Shown here piece after piece: positions 20,047 to 28,787 of a stretch of DNA of 64,000 nt. The notes under the pieces are model-generated. The model was not told where the DNA came from and made no database searches. It saw nothing but the letters and a program-made list of their open reading frames with translations. The stretch's first letter is position 1. Each line of letters begins with the position of its first letter. The position numbers and the translations under genes are program-made. The stretch covers positions 5,105-69,104 of the IMG/VR virus record IMGVR_UViG_3300021507_000001; one strand, written 5' to 3'. Source of the DNA: a virus.

Positions 20047-20081
20047 TTCTCCTGCTGCCCCTCACCATAGGGTGGGGAGCA

Positions 20082-20144
20082 GTGGAGAGCGAGAAACGCT
20101 CTACCGTTAGCGCGGCGGTTTCCGCGCACAAGCACCGGGAGGTG
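20082..20144 (+). repeat. early twin-hairpin leader repeat (copies 20082, 20428, partial 22371)
   Basis: GTGGAGRGCGAGAAACGCTCTACC then GCGCGGCGGT(TT/A)CCGCGC then RBS. Confidence 0.8.
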
Positions 20145-20149
20145 TGATT

Positions 20150-20269
20150 ATGTTGTACACGGTTAAGTTTGACGGCGGTGAGTACACTGGCCTGACGATG
20201 GAAGAGGCCAGGGCAGAGGAAGAGAATCTCGACCGCCACGGCGTATCCTACACCACGGTCGAGGAGTAA
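20150..20269 (+). CDS. 39-aa acidic protein (not in ORF track)
   Basis: GGAGGTG RBS; MLYTVKFDGGEYTGLTMEEARAEEENLDRHGVSYTTVEE. Confidence 0.6.
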   Translation: MLYTVKFDGGEYTGLTMEEARAEEENLDRHGVSYTTVEE

Positions 20270-20277
20270 GAATTAAC

Positions 20278-20323
20278 ACCCCCGGTCTTCCGGGCGTGAC
20301 GGGTTCGACTCCCGTCCGGGGGT
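20278..20323 (+). ncRNA. tRNA-like minihelix (acceptor stem plus T arm only)
   Basis: ACCCCCGG/CCGGGGGT stem stacked on ACGGG-TTCGACT-CCCGT. Confidence 0.5.
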
Positions 20324-20491
20324 TTGGCGGCCACGGCCAATGCGAGCTATCGCCCCGTCGATGTGGCGCAGACGGGGCACATGTCTTGGTTTCTAATCCT
20401 CCACTGGGGCTATCTCACCCAGCCCTGGTGGAGGGCGAGAAACGCTCTACCGACGCGCGGCGGTACCGCGCACAACCAAGGAGGTGTTGCA

Positions 20492-20776
20492 ATGTTTGTG
20501 ACACATCATGCAGTCTCCGGGAAGGCCGCGTCCCGCATCCGGGCCTACGGGCTCGATCCGGCCGTCGTCGAGGGCACGTTTCGTGCCCTCAAGGAGCGAC
20601 CGACTGCTCCTGTCGGCGTTGTCCTGGCTCGCTCTGACCACCAGGTCAAGGCTGGCGGGGCAACTGGGCGTTACCTGGTGGCCATCATCCGCCGTGGGCG
20701 GGTGGTCACCATCGTTAACTCACACAGCACAGCTGCGGCCCACCTACGGGTCAGCGCTGTGCAGTGGGCTGTATAG
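20492..20776 (+). CDS. small protein, possibly RelE/BECR-like fold
   Basis: MFVTHHA...R...GRVVTI pattern; AAGGAGGTG RBS. Confidence 0.5.
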   Translation: MFVTHHAVSGKAASRIRAYGLDPAVVEGTFRALKERPTAPVGVVLARSDHQVKAGGATGRYLVAIIRRGRVVTIVNSHSTAAAHLRVSAVQWAV

Positions 20777-20851
20777 CCCACATCCCCAGGGGCAGGGTTA
20801 TGTCCCACCGGCATGGCGGTTTCCATGTATAATCGCACTGGGAGGTGTGAT

Positions 20852-21220
20852 ATGTCGTTGAAGCAGAAGGTAGTAGTATTGGTGTTGATGGCCGTGATGC
20901 TGGCCGCGTCCCTCGCTTGCGGGGGCGAGAGCGGCACCACGGGGACCGAGGAGGATCTCGTCGAGACCCTCACCGACACTGGTGAGGAGGTCGGCGACAT
21001 CTTCGAGGGAATGAGCAACCTTGAGGAGAAGGTCGCTGGCTGCTCAGGAGCTGGCGGTACGATCGACCGCTGGCTCCGTGGCGAGGTCCCCCTGGCGGAA
21101 GTCGAGGCCAGGGGTTGCAGCACGGAAGACGCCCTGGTGCCGTGGTGCGAGCGCACCAAGGGCGGCGGCGAGGGCTACCCCCAGATGGCGCGTCTTTGCA
21201 CGCGCCTCTTAGGGAAGTGA
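20852..21220 (+). CDS. lipoprotein
   Basis: Signal peptide with lipobox SLAC-GG; GGAGGTG RBS. Confidence 0.75.
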   Translation: MSLKQKVVVLVLMAVMLAASLACGGESGTTGTEEDLVETLTDTGEEVGDIFEGMSNLEEKVAGCSGAGGTIDRWLRGEVPLAEVEARGCSTEDALVPWCERTKGGGEGYPQMARLCTRLLGK

Positions 21221-21285
21221 GTAGTCTGTACCGGTGGGGGGTTACTCCCCCACCATCGTGGTCAGGCATCGACCGAGCGAAAAGG

Positions 21286-21352
21286 GGCCAGTGGCAGTGC
21301 CCGCCTGCACAACAGGTGTTCTCGGTATAGGGTTCGAATCCCGGCCTGGCCG
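21286..21352 (+). ncRNA. degenerate tRNA-like element
   Basis: GGCCAG/CTGGCC closing stem, GGG-TTCGAAT-CCC T arm, no proper D arm. Confidence 0.3.
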
Positions 21353-21409
21353 CATTCGGTTGTTGTTGTTTGATTGGGTCAGTAAAGTAACACCAAGGAG
21401 GTAGTAGTC

Positions 21410-21643
21410 ATGTCTGTTTTCGGGAAGCTGTTTGGTCTCCGGCAAGGAGAGCGGATCGACGTTGACATCTCCCCCGAGGGGGAGGTGTTGTCAGTTGGGC
21501 GTGGTCGCGGCCACGCTAACCCCGGGATTACTGCCATTGCCGAGAAGGGGTTGCAGTATAACCCCGGCCTCGACATGTGGCAGTACTCGTCTGACGCCCC
21601 GCTCTTGCAGGCGGGGTGTCAGGTACGTATCAAGACTAAGTAG
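21410..21643 (+). CDS. hypothetical protein
   Basis: AAGGAGGT RBS. Confidence 0.6.
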   Translation: MSVFGKLFGLRQGERIDVDISPEGEVLSVGRGRGHANPGITAIAEKGLQYNPGLDMWQYSSDAPLLQAGCQVRIKTK

Positions 21644-21740
21644 TACCGGGGGCCTCTGCCCCCATCCTGCGGTAATTCTGCCGCAGAAGTTCACTCGCCA
21701 GCGTTCCTGCTGGTGATTTAACACACCAAGGAGGTGTACG

Positions 21741-21983
21741 ATGGGAACGAGGAAAGCTTTGGCAGTTTCGAATGACGGCAGTGTGTTAGTTTACGAGATA
21801 AACAATCTCGTAGTGGCGGCGGAGGTGGGGGTCTCGGCCCCCCGCCGCATTTACTTCAGCGGGGTCGAGGTCGACGCACAGGGGGCCCTGTATGTTGCCC
21901 CCGCGCTGCTCGGCGATCTCCCCAAGGATGCCCTTGGGGCACGAGTGACGAAGCAAGGGGTGCGGTTTATACGCCCCCTGTAG
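21741..21983 (+). CDS. hypothetical protein
   Basis: AAGGAGGTG RBS. Confidence 0.6.
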   Translation: MGTRKALAVSNDGSVLVYEINNLVVAAEVGVSAPRRIYFSGVEVDAQGALYVAPALLGDLPKDALGARVTKQGVRFIRPL

Positions 21984-22050
21984 TGTAAGCTTCTGATTCC
22001 CATTCTGCCGCTCACCACGCGGGTGGGCGGTAGAGGGGAGCAAGAAGCTC

Positions 22051-22116
22051 CACCCCCCGCACGGGGTCATTTCAGTCCAGCTGTGCGGTAAGCTGGGCTA
22101 TTACAAAACTAGGAGG
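22051..22116 (+). repeat. CATTTCAGTCC hairpin leader repeat (copies ~22051, ~30640, ~31020)
   Basis: C-rich hairpin, CATTTC, AGTCC stem-loop, A-rich spacer, TAGGAG. Confidence 0.8.
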
Positions 22117-22122
22117 TTTGAG

Positions 22123-22329
22123 ATGACTGAGAAGGCTATGGTTAAAATGGCGGTTGACGTTATTGATGGGGGGCCGAGCGCCCTCCGTGAGGGGTTCCGT
22201 GTGCAGTATCTGGTGCTCGACGCACAAAACTCCGCCCCAAGTTGTACGGGGTGGGGTGAAGTAACCTTGACCCCTGAGGAGGTCAAGACACTGGAGGAAG
22301 GTGGCGTGGTGACACGCTACCAAGAGTAG
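22123..22329 (+). CDS. hypothetical protein
   Basis: AGGAGG RBS. Confidence 0.6.
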   Translation: MTEKAMVKMAVDVIDGGPSALREGFRVQYLVLDAQNSAPSCTGWGEVTLTPEEVKTLEEGGVVTRYQE

Positions 22330-22417
22330 TTCGATCACCAGGGCTAAGTGCGATAGCCCTGGTGTTCTATCTACCGAGCGCGGCGGTACCGCGCAGTCAG
22401 CACACAGGCGGTGTGCG

Positions 22418-22864
22418 ATGGAACATCTTTTGCTCGACGAGATCGGGCAGCTGCCCTATCTGAGTGGGGGCAGCTCCTTCAGGGCGTACAGGTATGGCAA
22501 TCACGCCCTGAAGGTTGGCGACGTCTCTGACCGCGCAGACACTCTCGAGGGCACCAGGCGGCTACAAGCCGCCGGTATCCCGGTGCTGCCGGTCGAGGAC
22601 GAGTGGGAAACCGGGGGTATGTGGGTGTACTCACAGCCCCTGGTGGTCCCTCTCTCTAATCCCTCACCAGAAGATGCGGCGAGAGGGCTTGACGTTATGC
22701 GGCGCGGCGCTGAGGCCGGGGTCTTCGACCTCTGGTCCGACAACGTCGCGTACTACAAGGGACAGCTGTGTGTGTTCGACCCCACCATGCTGTCCCCCGT
22801 GTCCGCCGAGGCCGAGGAGAGCTGTGCGGCCCGGTGGCTTTCACTCCAAGGAGGTGTGCGATGA
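22418..22864 (+). CDS. minimal protein-kinase-like protein
   Basis: GGSSFRAY loop, ALK, DLWSDN, VFD motifs in kinase order. Confidence 0.65.
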   Translation: MEHLLLDEIGQLPYLSGGSSFRAYRYGNHALKVGDVSDRADTLEGTRRLQAAGIPVLPVEDEWETGGMWVYSQPLVVPLSNPSPEDAARGLDVMRRGAEAGVFDLWSDNVAYYKGQLCVFDPTMLSPVSAEAEESCAARWLSLQGGVR

Positions 22865-23193
22865 AACCCGTTGTAATTAGATTGCGGTCTCGGCGGTGGT
22901 TCAAGCCGGGCCGCACCCAGCTGCTGGGCGTTAGTGAGTCACGGTCTGGCGAGTTCCGCCCCCAGCGTATGGGGTGGGACTACGACAGCGCCGTGAATTG
23001 GCTAGTACGGCACGGCTACCGCTTCCTGCGGCGCGATGGAGAGCGCCATAGTGGGGGGCACGTGGTGGAGACGTTCGGCTTGGTGAGCGAATACGGTGAC
23101 GCCTCGAGCCTGGGAGAGTATGTGTCCCAGGACGAGATCGGGCGTGTCGCTCTGGACTACGAGGACGAGTTCCTCGAGGGGGTGGCGCGATGA
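22861..23193 (+). CDS. hypothetical protein
   Basis: AAGGAGGTG RBS, ATGA overlap. Confidence 0.55.
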   Translation: MKPVVIRLRSRRWFKPGRTQLLGVSESRSGEFRPQRMGWDYDSAVNWLVRHGYRFLRRDGERHSGGHVVETFGLVSEYGDASSLGEYVSQDEIGRVALDYEDEFLEGVAR

Positions 23194-23495
23194 GGGTAAT
23201 CGCGTTTCAAAGCAGTACGGCGACCACGGTGAGAGCTGAGGGCCACACCGTGCTGGCCCCGACTTTACAGCGCGGCCTAGCATTGCTAGCGCAGAAATGC
23301 GCTGGCGTGCAATTAGGCGGGAACTCTCTCCTGGCGATGGAGGAGGAGATCGCCAGGAAGAAAAAGGCGATCGCCGCGCGCACGGCTCTGTATGCACGCG
23401 GTACTGCCGTGTTGAATGTCGACCCAGCTGTGATTCGCTGGGTGAAGAGTCAGGCACTGGTAGACGCCATTGCCTTTGACCAAGGAGGTGCATGA
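23190..23495 (+). CDS. hypothetical protein
   Basis: ATGA overlap. Confidence 0.55.
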   Translation: MRVIAFQSSTATTVRAEGHTVLAPTLQRGLALLAQKCAGVQLGGNSLLAMEEEIARKKKAIAARTALYARGTAVLNVDPAVIRWVKSQALVDAIAFDQGGA

Positions 23496-23725
23496 TGTTG
23501 AATGTGCTGGCGAACCGACTACAAGACGGCCTGATTTGGTGGCTCGCCAACCGGCTACGCAAGCTGCGCGGCGGCTACATAGCTCACGCTCTGGACATTA
23601 CCGTCGAGGGCTGGGGGCCGCTGTCTACCTGGACGCTATGGGACGACGCCAGCGGCATGTGGCGCAACGGTTTCAACGTTGGTCGCCGGACAGTGTTAAG
23701 TTCGGCGTACCCGCTGCCGTTCTGA
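23492..23725 (+). CDS. hypothetical protein
   Basis: AAGGAGGTG RBS. Confidence 0.55.
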   Translation: MMLNVLANRLQDGLIWWLANRLRKLRGGYIAHALDITVEGWGPLSTWTLWDDASGMWRNGFNVGRRTVLSSAYPLPF

Positions 23726-23796
23726 ACGGTAGTATTTCCCTCTCTCCGTGGTATAATAGCGGGGAGAGGGAATCACCAAGGAGTAAGGAGGTTTCT

Positions 23797-24240
23797 ATGT
23801 GGAATAGATTTCGCTGGTGGCTGACGCTTGTTGTTAGAAAACTGCTCTTTCATCTGCCCCACTCCGATACTGTATACGGAGATGGCGCCCCGGACTGGAC
23901 CGGGGTTACACGCTGGCATTTCCACTTCCACCACTGGGAGTGGGATGTTGTTTTGATGGACGAGATGCGCGGGCAGTGGGCACGGCGGCTCGCCGTGGTC
24001 ACGCTTCACCACTGCCGGAAAGTGAGTGCTACCTGTCCCCAGCCGCTGCAACCCCTATTGAACTATGTACTACCCCTGCGAATTCGCCAGGGGATTACTG
24101 AGTGGGTACTCGATCGTGCGCGAGTGGACGGGAACGACGGGTACGCGACCATGGCCCGTCGTGGCCCACTGGCCCTGGTAAGAGACCCGGGGCGCATAAC
24201 AGTAACCCTGGGTAAGTTGCTGTTCACGATTGAGGAGTAA
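23797..24240 (+). CDS. hypothetical protein
   Basis: AAGGAGG RBS; TGGTATAAT upstream. Confidence 0.55.
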   Translation: MWNRFRWWLTLVVRKLLFHLPHSDTVYGDGAPDWTGVTRWHFHFHHWEWDVVLMDEMRGQWARRLAVVTLHHCRKVSATCPQPLQPLLNYVLPLRIRQGITEWVLDRARVDGNDGYATMARRGPLALVRDPGRITVTLGKLLFTIEE

Positions 24241-24295
24241 GAAGGACTGCCGCTGGCAATTCTGCGGCAGAAGTCTGTAACCAAAAGGAGACGAA

Positions 24296-25198
24296 ATGTA
24301 CATACTAGAAGAACGCCGGCGCGATATCGGTGGCTGCAATAAACGGTACGTGATGGCAGCCTCGACAACAAAAGAGCCGTTGATAACGTGGGCGCGAGAA
24401 CACCTCCCTGGCCCGTACCACTACAGGCCGTTTGTACTACGGCCTGATGGCGTCTGGATGTCAAAGCACGATACCTTCGATTGGTTGATCTACAAAGTAG
24501 AAGAGATCACCAGTGGGAGGTGGCCTAAGGAGAAGACACACTACCCGGCCATGGATTGGAAGATGATGTATGACAGCGCCATGGACTCTCTAGACCAGTG
24601 CCAAAAAGCCGTGGCCGTGGCCGTCGATATGGAGGCCGACATGGCGTCGAAGCCTGCCGTGGAAGATGTTGCTGGTGAGTTGTATGATACCTACCGGCAA
24701 TACGAGGACTTCCTCAAAGAGAAGGATCGCCTTCTGGCTCATGCTTACGACAAGATCGCTCGCCAGGAAAAGGTGATCGCCAACACAGTTAACCGCAAAG
24801 CGAAGTCGGATGTCTATTGGGCACAGCAGGTTGCTCGCGCTGAGAAAGGCTGTGCCCGCACCGCCGAAAACCTACGTCACGCCACAGATTCCCACCTCGC
24901 CCTTCTCGCTGGTGATCTGTATACCGTCACCGATGAACTAGAAGATGTGTACGAAGCACTGTACGCAGCAAGGGCGTGGGCGCAGCAAACTGAGGATGAG
25001 GTTGGCACCCTACAGGAGGCACTGCTCACAGCACGACTGAAGAACGAAAGACTCACCAGGGAATTAGAGGAGGCGTCAGCTGTTCTCACAGAACAGAGTG
25101 AGTTTACGGCAGACGACTACGAGAACCTTAAAGAGTGGGTGTTTGCCCCCAAGAAGAATCGCCCCTACAAGACCCTGCTCGTCACCAACTGCGGCTAA
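24296..25198 (+). CDS. paralog-family N-domain plus coiled coil
   Basis: N-terminus similar to 25236 ORF; RBS. Confidence 0.7.
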   Translation: MYILEERRRDIGGCNKRYVMAASTTKEPLITWAREHLPGPYHYRPFVLRPDGVWMSKHDTFDWLIYKVEEITSGRWPKEKTHYPAMDWKMMYDSAMDSLDQCQKAVAVAVDMEADMASKPAVEDVAGELYDTYRQYEDFLKEKDRLLAHAYDKIARQEKVIANTVNRKAKSDVYWAQQVARAEKGCARTAENLRHATDSHLALLAGDLYTVTDELEDVYEALYAARAWAQQTEDEVGTLQEALLTARLKNERLTRELEEASAVLTEQSEFTADDYENLKEWVFAPKKNRPYKTLLVTNCG

Positions 25199-25235
25199 CT
25201 TCTGCCGCAGAAGTCTGTAGTCAAAGGAGGACAAA

Positions 25236-25691
25236 ATGTACGTATTGGAGTACCGGCGCGGCAACAGCCACCATGTGGTGGCCGCCGCAGCTACAGAGGG
25301 AACATTGATGACGTGGGCACGGGAACACAACCCGGGCCCATACAGGCCGTTTGTGCTACGGCCGGATGGCAGCTGGGTGTCGAAGCACGACGTCTGCGAC
25401 TGGGTGATCTATGAAGTGGAGGAGATCGCCGGGGAAACATGGAGAGAGGATTTGGAGCAGTGCCAGAATGACCTGATCCAATGCCAGGACGATCTGTTTG
25501 ATGCAGAGAACAGGGAGTCCTGGATGCGCAACCGGCTGTTGAGGATGCGCGTCTCCGCCGATGATAGAGTCACCACTCTCACCGGCCAGCTATACGATGT
25601 GTGCCAGGAGAATGAAAGACTCGCCAGGGAAGTGGTGTCTGAGAGAGCCGTTGCAAGCCCTCTCCTCGAACGCCTGGTGAAGGACTCGTAG
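25236..25691 (+). CDS. paralog-family N-domain plus coiled coil
   Basis: TWAREHxPGPY..RPFVLRPDG shared with preceding gene. Confidence 0.7.
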   Translation: MYVLEYRRGNSHHVVAAAATEGTLMTWAREHNPGPYRPFVLRPDGSWVSKHDVCDWVIYEVEEIAGETWREDLEQCQNDLIQCQDDLFDAENRESWMRNRLLRMRVSADDRVTTLTGQLYDVCQENERLAREVVSERAVASPLLERLVKDS

Positions 25692-26067
25692 CCACTTCTG
25701 CGGCAGAACTTGAATGTTAACAACCTCGATATTGCCGAAAAAGTGGGCTTGGCTCCACGTGTAGGGCTTTTGCAGCTCTGTGGAGAAAATGCCCGCAAAT
25801 GCTTTACATAAATGCTCTGGGGGCGTCATCCGTTGCAGAAAGTAACGCCCTCTGCAATGCCCTCCCACGGCAAAAATTGGCAATTCGTGAGTTGTTAACA
25901 TTCGGGATAAAAATTGGCTTCTGCGGCAGAAAAAGAGGGCTGCCGCCGCAATTCTTACTACTACATCTAGTGGGCCGTTTCCAAAAACAGGTGTAAACAC
26001 GGCCTTTTGGGGCTATTTGGGATTTGCCCCACTAGATGTAGTGGTACTATGCAAAGGAGAGAATACG

Positions 26068-26385
26068 ATGAAGATTCTGGTTCTAGAACGTGTGCAGGGG
26101 CGACTCTCTACCATAGTCGCCGTCGGCACTAGCAGAAAAGCACTGACAGAAAGGGGTGTGGAGCTGGCAAGAAGCAACGGACTGCCGCGCTCCGCTGTCT
26201 ATCAGACTCACGCCGACGGCAGCTACGTCACCCGTGGGTTCTCCCTGCTTCACTGGCGTGTCTGTCCTGTCGACTGGTGTGGCCCCGATCCGCTGCAGCG
26301 AGTCGACGATATGCTCTCGGACGCGCTCACGGTGGTGCGCCTAGACCCCGCCTATCAAAGCAGAAGGGGGCGCCACGAGGCGTAG
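26068..26385 (+). CDS. hypothetical protein (paralog of 27102 ORF)
   Basis: AAGGAG RBS; STIVAVGTSRKAL. Confidence 0.6.
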   Translation: MKILVLERVQGRLSTIVAVGTSRKALTERGVELARSNGLPRSAVYQTHADGSYVTRGFSLLHWRVCPVDWCGPDPLQRVDDMLSDALTVVRLDPAYQSRRGRHEA

Positions 26386-26591
26386 GCGGCAAAGGTGTAT
26401 TGAACATGCCCCGACGCCGCTACGGCGCGCAGGGGGGCAACTAGGGCTGTATGTGCGTTGTGTGTACATTGTGCATACATTGTGTACACAAAAGTCTTAC
26501 TCCCCCTCGCACTTGTACAAATTGTACAATATCCTGCCCAATATTGGGCAGACCTGTACGTATGTTCCACGTATAACCAAGGAGAGACACC

Positions 26592-26876
26592 GTGTTTCTA
26601 TTCGGATCGCGTTCACCGTACAGTACACATCCTGCACGGCAGGACAGTGACATAGATGTATTTGTCGAGAGCGAGGACGAGTTGTCACAGATACCTGCTG
26701 AGTTGCTTATAGACAACGGGGGACCAATAGACGCTTTTTGGTTTAGTCTTGATACTATAACTTTCTCAGTGGGTGGGGTCAGGGTACTAGAGCCCATTGA
26801 TACCAAGGTATATCCTGTGTCTGTATCTTGGGTGATTAAGAAAGCTTGGGAGTTAATGGAATCACCAAGGGAATAG
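26592..26876 (+). CDS. minimal nucleotidyltransferase (Pol beta superfamily)
   Basis: LFGSR...DSDID signature. Confidence 0.75.
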   Translation: MFLFGSRSPYSTHPARQDSDIDVFVESEDELSQIPAELLIDNGGPIDAFWFSLDTITFSVGGVRVLEPIDTKVYPVSVSWVIKKAWELMESPRE

Positions 26877-26913
26877 TGGTTCTGCGGCAGAAGTTGGCCG
26901 CAAAGGAGACGAC

Positions 26914-27105
26914 ATGCTTTACAAAGAGGGTCTCGATTGGAAAACCGCGCCCGGTTGAGTAAATCCTTTTCTGTCTTCGTATCCCCGTCGCCGATTACAC
27001 TATCATCGTCCCCCTGGGCATTTGGCTTCCTCTATACAGGGTAGACGCCGCAAGGCTAAGCGTAAGCGTTCCGCTGCATCTCGTCGGCGGAATTGGAGGG
27101 TATGA
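26914..27105 (+). pseudogene. Arg-rich small gene interrupted by in-frame TGA
   Basis: AAGGAG RBS, TGA at 26956-26958, frame stays open to ATGA overlap with next gene. Confidence 0.45.
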
Positions 27106-27710
27106 TGAAAGTTCTATTACTTGAGGGAATTCGTGGGGGTATCTCCACGGTGTTTGGCGTTGGCACTGACAGGAAAGCGCTGGAGACCCTGGCGGTTAAC
27201 CAGGCTTACGAAATGGGACAGTCACTTCCCGTGTTCGAGGAGACGGATGAGCATGGGTGTTCATGTACTTATGACTACCTCCGTACCCCTGGTTATCGAT
27301 ACTGTTGGCAGATTCGTCCTGTTCCTTGGTATGGATCTATTGATCTTGGGGAATCACCAGAGAAACAGCTCTGGAGCAACTTCTGCGGCAGAAATGCCAT
27401 TAACCATAGGAGGATTATGATGAGGAAGTATCAAGAGTTAGTAGACAAGTACCGTATTGACATCGAGCATATTCTCGCGTTGCGCAAGCGCGCAAACGCG
27501 ACACTGGCGAAAATGCCACAGGTCGAGGATTTCGAGGACGGGTATGACTTCCTCGACGCTTGCCGCGATGTCCAAGAGGCGAACGATCAAGAACGTCTTT
27601 TGTTGTATCGAATTCGCAATGAATATAAGGGGTGCCCTTTTCGTAGAACACAAGAAAAGGGGTTGGCCGGATTTCTGCGTGAGTCCGGCTTAGGAGACCC
27701 CAAAGAATGA
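27102..27710 (+). CDS. hypothetical protein
   Basis: GGAGG RBS; STVFGVGTDRKAL. Confidence 0.65.
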   Translation: MMKVLLLEGIRGGISTVFGVGTDRKALETLAVNQAYEMGQSLPVFEETDEHGCSCTYDYLRTPGYRYCWQIRPVPWYGSIDLGESPEKQLWSNFCGRNAINHRRIMMRKYQELVDKYRIDIEHILALRKRANATLAKMPQVEDFEDGYDFLDACRDVQEANDQERLLLYRIRNEYKGCPFRRTQEKGLAGFLRESGLGDPKE

Positions 27711-27946
27711 AGATGTATCTGCTTGAGTTACTGAGACGGGATTGCGATAGCATATTCCGTGTGCCCTACGGGGCGTCACCGTCTATTGCTGTGTTGTTTG
27801 AGAAAGCCCACGAGTACAAACGCAAGCGGGGACTGCCACTCTCACGCTTTGAGTTGCTGAGTGAGGCAGAAGAGCGACAAATCCCGAGGGGCCGTTACTA
27901 TTGGCGCATCATACCTATTGACTACTGGGAATCACCAGGGGAATAA
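27707..27946 (+). CDS. hypothetical protein
   Basis: ATGA overlap. Confidence 0.55.
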   Translation: MKMYLLELLRRDCDSIFRVPYGASPSIAVLFEKAHEYKRKRGLPLSRFELLSEAEERQIPRGRYYWRIIPIDYWESPGE

Positions 27947-28005
27947 CCCCTTGTTCTTGGTGATCCCTAACTTCTGCGGCAGAAGTGCCGCCAAAGGAGA
28001 CTAAA

Positions 28006-28422
28006 ATGGATACAGTAGTAATCTACACAGACGGGTCGTGTTCAGGAAACCCTGGCCCTGGTGGTTGGGGAGCTATCCTGATGGACCGGCACGGCAACAA
28101 AAAGGAGTTACATGGCTCACTCCCGACCACTACAAACAACATGGCGGAGCTAATCGCCATTAAGCAGGGACTTGCGGCATTAACCCGTCCCTGCAATGTC
28201 ACCATTCACACCGACAGCCGTAATGCTATTGGGTGGTTACGTGACAATTGGAAGCGCAAGTCGCCAAAGATTATCAAGACGACTTGTGAAATCGAGGAGC
28301 TGATACAGAACAAACATCACCAAGTTTCCTATTTCCACGTTGCAGGACATTCTGGTGATGAGTTCAATGAACGCGCCAACATCCTAGCGCAGCGCGGGAC
28401 TGAGGAAGCACGCTTACTGTAA
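28006..28422 (+). CDS. rnhA: ribonuclease HI
   Basis: IYTDGSCSGNPGPGGWG, TTNNMAEL, TDS, VAGHSG, NERAN. Confidence 0.95.
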   Translation: MDTVVIYTDGSCSGNPGPGGWGAILMDRHGNKKELHGSLPTTTNNMAELIAIKQGLAALTRPCNVTIHTDSRNAIGWLRDNWKRKSPKIIKTTCEIEELIQNKHHQVSYFHVAGHSGDEFNERANILAQRGTEEARLL

Positions 28423-28532
28423 TTGAATGCGGCGGTGGCCCTGTGACTAAAAGCGTCACAAAACGAGAGCAGGCTAAGAGGGCTGCTAACGCAATTCTGC
28501 CGCAGAAGTAACTATAACTAGGAGTAAAAGAC

Positions 28533-28787
28533 ATGGCTAGCATCGATAAGATTTACGGGACACTGGAACAGTATGATGAATTCCATGCTTGGTGCTTACT
28601 TCATAAGCCCGAAGCACTAAAGCGGTTCTATCCTAGGGATGGGTTCAAGACTCCCAACGATCGACCCATTACCAATTTCTCCACCGAAATGGATGAGTGG
28701 ATGTGGGATAACTGCCCACTTGCCTGGGTCCGCGCCCGGCTAGCTGTACAGTACGGCTGGGACGACAGCCATAAGGAGGCTCAATGA
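28533..28787 (+). CDS. hypothetical protein
   Basis: AGGAG RBS. Confidence 0.6.
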   Translation: MASIDKIYGTLEQYDEFHAWCLLHKPEALKRFYPRDGFKTPNDRPITNFSTEMDEWMWDNCPLAWVRARLAVQYGWDDSHKEAQ

